64,000 nt of DNA. Source: the human T2T-CHM13v2.0 reference genome, Homo sapiens. The first letter of the stretch is position 1, and every line of letters begins with the position of its first letter. Of this stretch, positions 56,796-64,000 are shown one piece after another. The notes under the pieces were generated by a model that saw nothing but the letters and a program-made list of their open reading frames with translations, had not been told where the DNA came from and ran no database searches. The stretch is from the NCBI RefSeq assembly GCF_009914755.1, contig NC_060940.1, one strand, 5' to 3'. The position numbers and the translations under genes are program-made.

Positions 56796-59700
56796 TCATT
56801 TCCATTCAATGATTCCATTCGAGTCCATTTGATCATTCCGGTAGGGTCCATTCGATGTTGATTCCATTGGAGTGCATTCGATGATTCCATTCGAGTCCAT
56901 TTTACGATTTGATTCGAGTCCTTTCGATGATTCCATTCGATTCCACTCGATGATGATTTCATTCGAGTCCATTCGACACTTCCAATCGATTCCATTTGAT
57001 GTTTCCATTCGATTCCAATTGATGATTCCATTCAATTCCATTCGATGATGATTCCGTAGGATTCCATTCTGTGATGATTCCATGTGATTGCATTCAATGA
57101 TGATTCCTTTAGATTGCATTCGATTGTGATTCATTTCGTCTTCATTCTATGGTTCCACAGGTTTCCATTCGTGTCCATTCCATTATTCCATTCTATTCCA
57201 TTTGATGATGATTCCATTCGATTCCATTCATTGGTGATTCCACTCAATTCCATTCAATGATTCCATTCCATTTCTTTCAACAATGATTCCATTAGTTTCT
57301 AATCGATGATCCACTTGATTCCATTTGACGACGATTCCATTCTTGTCCATTCGATGGTTCCATTTGATTCCATATGATGATGATTCCATTCGATTCCATA
57401 CGATGATGATTCCATTCGAGTCCATTCAATGGTGATTCCATTCAATTCCATTCGATGATTCCTTTCGATTCCATTCGATGATGATGGCATTCGATTCCTT
57501 TCAATCATTCCCTTTGATTCCATTCAAAGGTGATTTCATTCAAGTCCATTCGATAATTGCATTCGATTCCATTCTATGATGATTCCATTCGAGTCCATTT
57601 GATGATTCCATTCAATTCAAGTCAATGATGATTCCATTCGATTCCATTCGATGATTCCATTGGATTCCATTCGATGATGATTCCATTCAAATCCATTCGA
57701 TAATTCAATTCAAGTCCATTCGATGATGATTAAAATCGAATCCATTCAAAGATTCCATTCAGTTCCATTCGATGATTCCCTTAGATTCCATTCGATGATT
57801 CCACTTGATTTCATTTACGATGATTCCATTCGATTCCATGTGATGATTCCATTCAATTCTATTCAATGCTGTTTCCATTTGATTCCATTCGACCATGATT
57901 GCCTTTGATTCCATTCAATGACTCCATTCGGTTCCTTTTGATGATGATTCCGTTCGATTCCATTTCATTATTCCATTTGATTCCATTGGATGAGTCCATT
58001 CGATTACATTCGATGATTATTCCATTCGAGTGCATTAGATGATTCCATTCGAGTCCATTCGATGATTCCATTCGATTCCATTCGATGTTGATTCTGTTCA
58101 AATCCATTCGATGATTCCACTCGATTCCATTCGATGACTCCAGTTGATCCCATTCGATGATTTCCTTTGATTCCCTTTGATGATCATTCCATTTGATTCA
58201 ATTCGGTGATTTCATTTGATTCCATTCAGTGATGTTTCCATTCGACTCCATTCGATGATGATTCCATTCGACTCCATTCGATTATGATTTCATTCAATTC
58301 CATTCGATAATGATTCCCTTCGAGTCCATTCGATGATTCCATTCGATTCCATTCAACGATGATTTGATTCGTGTCCATTCGATGATTCCATTTGATTCCA
58401 CTTGATGATGATTCCATTCGAGTCCATTTGATGATTCCATTCAATTCCATTCTCCGATGATTTCTTTTGAGCCCACTCAATGCTTCCACTCGATTCCATA
58501 TGATGATGACTCCATTCGATGAAATTCGATGATGATTCCATTCGCTTGCATTCGATGATGATTCCACTTGAGTCCATTAGAAGATTCTATTCAATTACAT
58601 TCCATGACGATTCCGTTCGAGTCCATTTGATGATTCCATTAGACTCCATTCGACGATGATTCCATTCGATGTTATTCGATGATTCCATTCGATCTCATTC
58701 GATGATGATTCCATTCAACTCCATTCGATGTTTCCATTCGAGTTCATTCTATTATTCCATTAGATTCCATTCGATGATGATTCCATTCGATTCCATTTGA
58801 TGATTGCATTCTATTTCATTTGATGATGATTCCATTCGAGTCCACTCGATGATTCCATTCGAGTCCATTTAATGAATCCATTGGTTTCAATTCTATGATG
58901 ATTACATTGGATTCCATTCGTTGATGATTTCATTCGGTTCCATTCAATGATGATTCCATTCAATTCCTTTCAATGTTTCCATTCAATTCCATACGATGAT
59001 GATTCCATTTGATTTGATTCGACAGTGAGCCATTCGATTCAATTCCATGATGATTCTATTTGATTCCATTGGTTGACATTTCCATTCGATTCCATTCGAT
59101 GATGATTCCCTTTGATTCCATTCAAAGATGATTCCATTCTAGCCCATTCAATCATTCCATTCGATTCTATTCAATGATGATTCCATTCATGTCGATTTGG
59201 TGATTCCATTTGACTTCATTTGATGATGATTCCTTTCAAGTTCATTAGATGATTCCATTCGATTCCATTTGATGATGATCCCATTCGAGTCCATTCAGTG
59301 ATTCCACTCGTTTCCATTCCATGATGATTCCATTCCATTCCATGCAATGATTCCATTCGATTCCGTTTGATGATGATTTCATTCGAGTCCATTTGATGAT
59401 TCCATTTGATTCCATTCGATGATGATTCCATTCGAGTCCATTCGATGATTCTATTCGAATCCATTTGATGATTTCTTTTGATTATATTTGGTGATGATTC
59501 CATTGGAGTCCATTCAATGATTCCATTCGATTCCAATCGATGGTGATTCCATTAGAGTCCATTTAATGATTCCATTTGATTCCAGTCTCTGATGATTACA
59601 TTCGAGTCCATACGATGATTCCACTCAATTCCATATGATGATGATTCCATTCGATTCCATTCGATGATTCCATTCTATTCTATTCAATGGTGATTCCATT

Positions 59701-62700
59701 CGAGTACATTAGATGATTCCATTCGATTCCATTCAATGATGATTCTATTTGTGTCCCTTAGATGATTCCACATGATTCCATTAGATGATGATACTATTTG
59801 AGCCCATCCAATGATTCCCTTCGATTCCATTCGATGAGGATTCCATTCGATTCAATTCATTGGTGATTCTATTCAATTCAATTCTTTGATTCCATTCCAT
59901 TCCATTCGACAATGATTCCATTCGATTTCTTTCGATGATTCCACTCGATTCCACTTGACATTGATTCCCTTCGATTCCATTCAATGATTCCATTTGATTC
60001 CAGTGGATGATGATTGCCATCGATTCCATTTGATCACTCCATTCTATTCCACTTGATGATGATTACATTCGATTCCATTTGACGATTCCATCTGATTCTA
60101 TTCGAGGATTCCATTTGATTCCATTCGATGATGATTCCATTCGAGTCCATTCGATGATATCATTCGAGTACATCCAATGATTCCATTCGAGTCCATTTGA
60201 TGATTCCATTTGATTCCATTTGATAATGATTCTACTAGAGTCCATTCAATGACTCCATTGGAGTCCATTCAACAATTCCATTCGACTCCATTTGATGATT
60301 CCATTGGATTCCATTTGATGATTCCATTCGAGTCCATTTAATCATTACAGTCGAGTCCATTTGGTGATTCCACCGGCTTTCTTTTGATAATGATACCATT
60401 CAATTACATTTGATGATGATCCCATTCAATTTCATTTGATGATGATTCCATTAGAGTCCATTCGATGATTTCATTCGAGTCCCTTCATTGATTCCATCCG
60501 ATTTCATTGGATGATGACTCCATTCGAGTCCATTCGATGATTCCACTCGATTCCATTAGATGATTCCATTGGAGTCCATTTGATTGTTCCATTCGATTCC
60601 ATTCGATTCCTTTCGAAGATTATTCCATTTGAGTCCATTCGATGATGATTCCATTCCATTCCATTCGATGATTCCGTTTGATTCCATTCGATGATTCCCT
60701 TCCATTCCTTTCTTTGATGATTCCATTCCATTCCATTCAATGATTCCATTCGAATCTATTCCATGATGATTCCTTTCGATTCCATTCGCTGATGTTTCCG
60801 TTCAATTCCATTCGATGATGATTCCATTCGATTCCATTCATTGAGGATTCCATTTGATTCCATTCAATGATGATTCCGTTCTATTCCATTCAATGATTGC
60901 ATTCAATTCCATTCAGTGATTATCCCCTTAGAGTAAACTCAACGATTCCATTCAATACCATTCGATGATGATTCCTTTTGAGTCCATTCAATGATTTCAT
61001 TCAAGTCCATTTGATGATTCCTTTCAATTCCATTCTATGATGATTCCATTCGAGTCCATTCGATGATTCCATTCGATTGCATTCGATGATTCCATTATAT
61101 TCCAGTCAACGATGATTCCATTCGAGTCCATTCGATGATTCCATTAGAGTACATTTAATGATTGCTTTGTTTTCAATTCGAAGATGATTACATTGGATTC
61201 CATTCTATGATACCATTCGATTCCATTCAATGATGATTCCACTCAAATCCATTGGATGATTCCATTCGTGTCCATTCGGTGATTTCATTAGATTCCATTC
61301 GAGGATGATTCCATTCGATTCCATTCGATGATTCCATTCAATTCCATTCGAGGATGATTCCATTCCAGTCCATATGATCATTCCATTTGATTTCATTCGA
61401 TGATGATTCCATTCGATTCCATTCGATGATTCCATTCTATTCCATTCGATGATGATTCCATTCGAGTCCATTCGATGATTCCATTCGAGTCCATTTAATG
61501 ATTCCATTGGGTTCAATTCAATGATGATTACATTGGATTCCGTTCTATGATTCCATTCAATTCCGTTCATTGACAATTTGATTCCATTCGATGATGATTC
61601 CATTTGAGTTCATTCGATGATTCTATTCGATTCTCTTCGATGGTGATTCAATTCTATTATATTGGATGATTCCATTCGATTCCATTTGATGTTGATTCAA
61701 TTCGATTCTATTCGATGATGATTCCATTGGATTTCACTTGATGATTCTATTCGATTCCATTCAATGATGATTCACTTCTCGTCCATTGGATGATTCCATT
61801 TCATTCCATTCGATGATGATTCCATTCGATTCCATTCGATGATTCCATTTGATTCCATGCGTCGGTGAGCAATTCGATTCAATTCCATGATGATTCTATT
61901 TGATTCAATTAGATGATGTTTCCATTCGAATCCATTCCATGATTATTCCATTGGAATCCATTCGGCGATGATTCCATATGAGTCAATTCAATGATGATTC
62001 CATATGGGTCCGTTCGATGATAATTCCATTTGATTTCATTCGGTGCTTCTATTCAATTCCAGTCGATGATGATTCCGTTGGAGTCCATACGATGATTCCA
62101 TTTGATTTCATTTGATGATGATTCCATTCGATGATGATTACATTGGATTCCATTCTATGATTCCATTCAATTCCATTCGTTGATGATTCGATTCCATTCA
62201 ATGATGATTCCATTTGAGTTCATTCGATGATTCTATTCGATTCCGTTCAATGGTGATTCAATTCTCTTATATTGGATGAATCCACTCGATTCCATTTGAT
62301 GATTATTCCATTGGAGTCCACTTAGTGAATCCTTCAGATTCTACTCGAAGATGATTCCATTCAAGTCCATTCGATGATACCATTCAATTCCATTCGTTGA
62401 TGCTTCCATTCAAGTGCATTCGATGATATCATTCGATTCCATTTGATGATAATTCCATTTGATTCCATGCGATGATTCTATTCGATTCCATTCAATGATA
62501 ATTCCATTCAGTTCAGTGATTCCTCTGGACTCCATTTGATGATGATTCCATTCAATGATTCCATTCGATTCTATTCGAAAGTGATTCCATTTGAATCCAT
62601 TTGATGATGATTCCATTAGATTCCATTTGATGATTCCATTCGATTCCATTTGACGATGATTCCATTCGATTCCATGTGATGATTCCATTCTATTCTATTC

Positions 62701-62907
62701 GATGATGATTCCATTCGATTCCATTCGATGATGATTGGATTCGATTCCATTTGATGATTTCATTTGATTCCATTCGTTAATGATTTCGATCAATTCCATT
62801 CGATGATTTCATTCGATTCCATTCGATAATGATTACATCCGTGTCCATTCAGTGATTCCATTTGAGCCTGTTCGATAATTCCATTTGAGTCCAACCAATG
62901 ATTCCAT
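56796..62907 (+). repeat. Unit 11, standard 6112 bp
   Basis: ORF marks are offset 6112 on both sides. Confidence 0.93.
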
Positions 62908-64000
62908 TCATTTCCCTTCCATGATTCCATTCGAGTCCATTTGATCATTCCGGTAGGGTCCATTCGATGTTGATTCCATTGGAGTGCATTCGATGATTCC
63001 ATTCGAGTCCATTTTATGATTTGATTCGAGTTCTTTCGATGATTCCATTCGATTCCACTCGATGATGATTTCATTCGAGTCCATTCGACACTTCCAATCG
63101 ATTCCATTTGATGTTTCCATTCGAGTCCAATTGATGATTCCATTCAATTCCATTCGATGATGATTCCGTACGATTCCATTCTGTGATGATTCCATGTGAT
63201 TGCATTCAATGATGATTCCTTTAGATTGCATTCGATTGTGATTCATTTCGTCTTCATTCTATGGTTCCACAGGTTTCCATTCGTGTCCATTCCATTATTC
63301 CATTCTATTCCATTTGATGATGATTCCATTCGATTCCATTCATTGGTGATTCCACTCAATTCCATTCAATGATTCCATTCCATTTCTTTCAACAATGATT
63401 CCATTAGTTTCTAATCGATGATCCACTTGATTCCATTTGACGACGATTCCATTCTTGTCCATTCGATGATTCCATTTGATTCCATATGATGATGATTCCA
63501 TTCGATTCCATACGATGATGATTCCATTCGAGTCCATTCAATGGTGATTCCATTCAATTCCATTCGATGATTCCTTTCGATTCCATTCGATGATGATGGC
63601 ATTCGATTCCTTTCAATCATTCCCTTTGATTCCATTCAAAGGTGATTTCATTCAAGTCCATTCGATAATTGCATTCGATTCCATTCTATGATGATTCCAT
63701 TCGAGTCCATTTGATGATTCCATTCAATTCAAGTCAATGATGATTCCATTCGATTCCATTCGATGATTCCATTGGATTCCATTCGATGATGATTCCATTC
63801 AAATCCATTCGATAATTCAATTCAAGTCCATTCGATGATGATTAAAATCGAATCCATTCAAAGATTCCATTCAGTTCCATTCGATGATTCCCTTAGATTC
63901 CATTCGATGATTCCACTTGATTTCATTTACGATGATTCCATTCGATTCCATGTGATGATTCCATTCAATTCTATTCAATGCTGTTTCCATTTCTTTCCAT
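62908..64000 (+). repeat. Unit 12, partial (truncated by window edge)
   Basis: Matches 65-1157, including its private alleles. Confidence 0.92.

Larger units (their letters stand above)
1..64000 (+). repeat. Human satellite 2 (HSat2/HSATII) pericentromeric array, probably subfamily HSat2B of chr16q11.2 heterochromatin
   Basis: Continuous diverged (CATTC)n with dominant CATTCGATTC/CATTCGAGTC motifs and GAT/GATGAT spacers, forming 23 and 26 bp cells (e.g. ttccattcgattccattcgatgatga). This is diagnostic of HSat2 rather than pure-pentamer HSat3. CATTC is on the + strand throughout. The subfamily and chromosome are inferred only from the ~6.1 kb period and are less certain than the family call. 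Confidence 0.96.

Noticed and set aside
65-63635. Numerous minus-strand ORFs of 60-164 aa rich in MESSSNGIEWNH-like repeats
   Set aside because: They are the direct translation of (GAATG)n-type satellite, which supplies many ATGs. They overlap in several frames, show no recognisable domain, and are freely broken or extended by indels between units.
1-64000. CRISPR-like or other prokaryotic repeat-spacer system
   Set aside because: There are no unique spacers between conserved repeats and no cas or other genes. The whole sequence is degenerate satellite.
1-64000. Strand inversion, alpha satellite or HSat3 block
   Set aside because: No GAATG-oriented tract on the + strand and no 171 bp monomers were seen. 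Pure CATTC runs are only a few copies long (e.g. ~2625-2640).

Overview
The whole 64 kb window is one uninterrupted array of classical human satellite 2 (HSat2/HSATII; CATTCGATTC-type motifs broken by GAT/GATGAT). It is in a single orientation, with no genes, transposons or inversions visible. All supplied ORFs are artefacts of translating the repeat, but they work as registration marks. The recurring 'MNHNRMQSKG' frame starts at 65, 6203, 12341, 18404, 22523, 28425, 34527, 38621, 44572, 50684, 56796 and 62908. This gives unit lengths of 6138, 6138, 6063, 4119, 5902, 6102, 4094, 5951, 6112, 6112 and 6112 bp. A ~6.1 kb period fits the HSat2B array of human chr16q11.2; that assignment is from recalled knowledge and is unverified. 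I traced every deviation from 6112 bp to specific indels. The notable structure is architectural: (i) a ~16.1 kb three-unit super-repeat present twice; (ii) a 4.1 kb variant unit in which 3.83 kb of the standard unit is replaced by a different ~1.82 kb HSat2 segment; (iii) an apparently older allele layer in the variant units; (iv) a 49 bp templated insertion and a 98 bp duplication marking a haplotype switch; (v) fossil sub-repeats inside the 6.1 kb unit. I found no evidence of a new protein-coding or RNA system.
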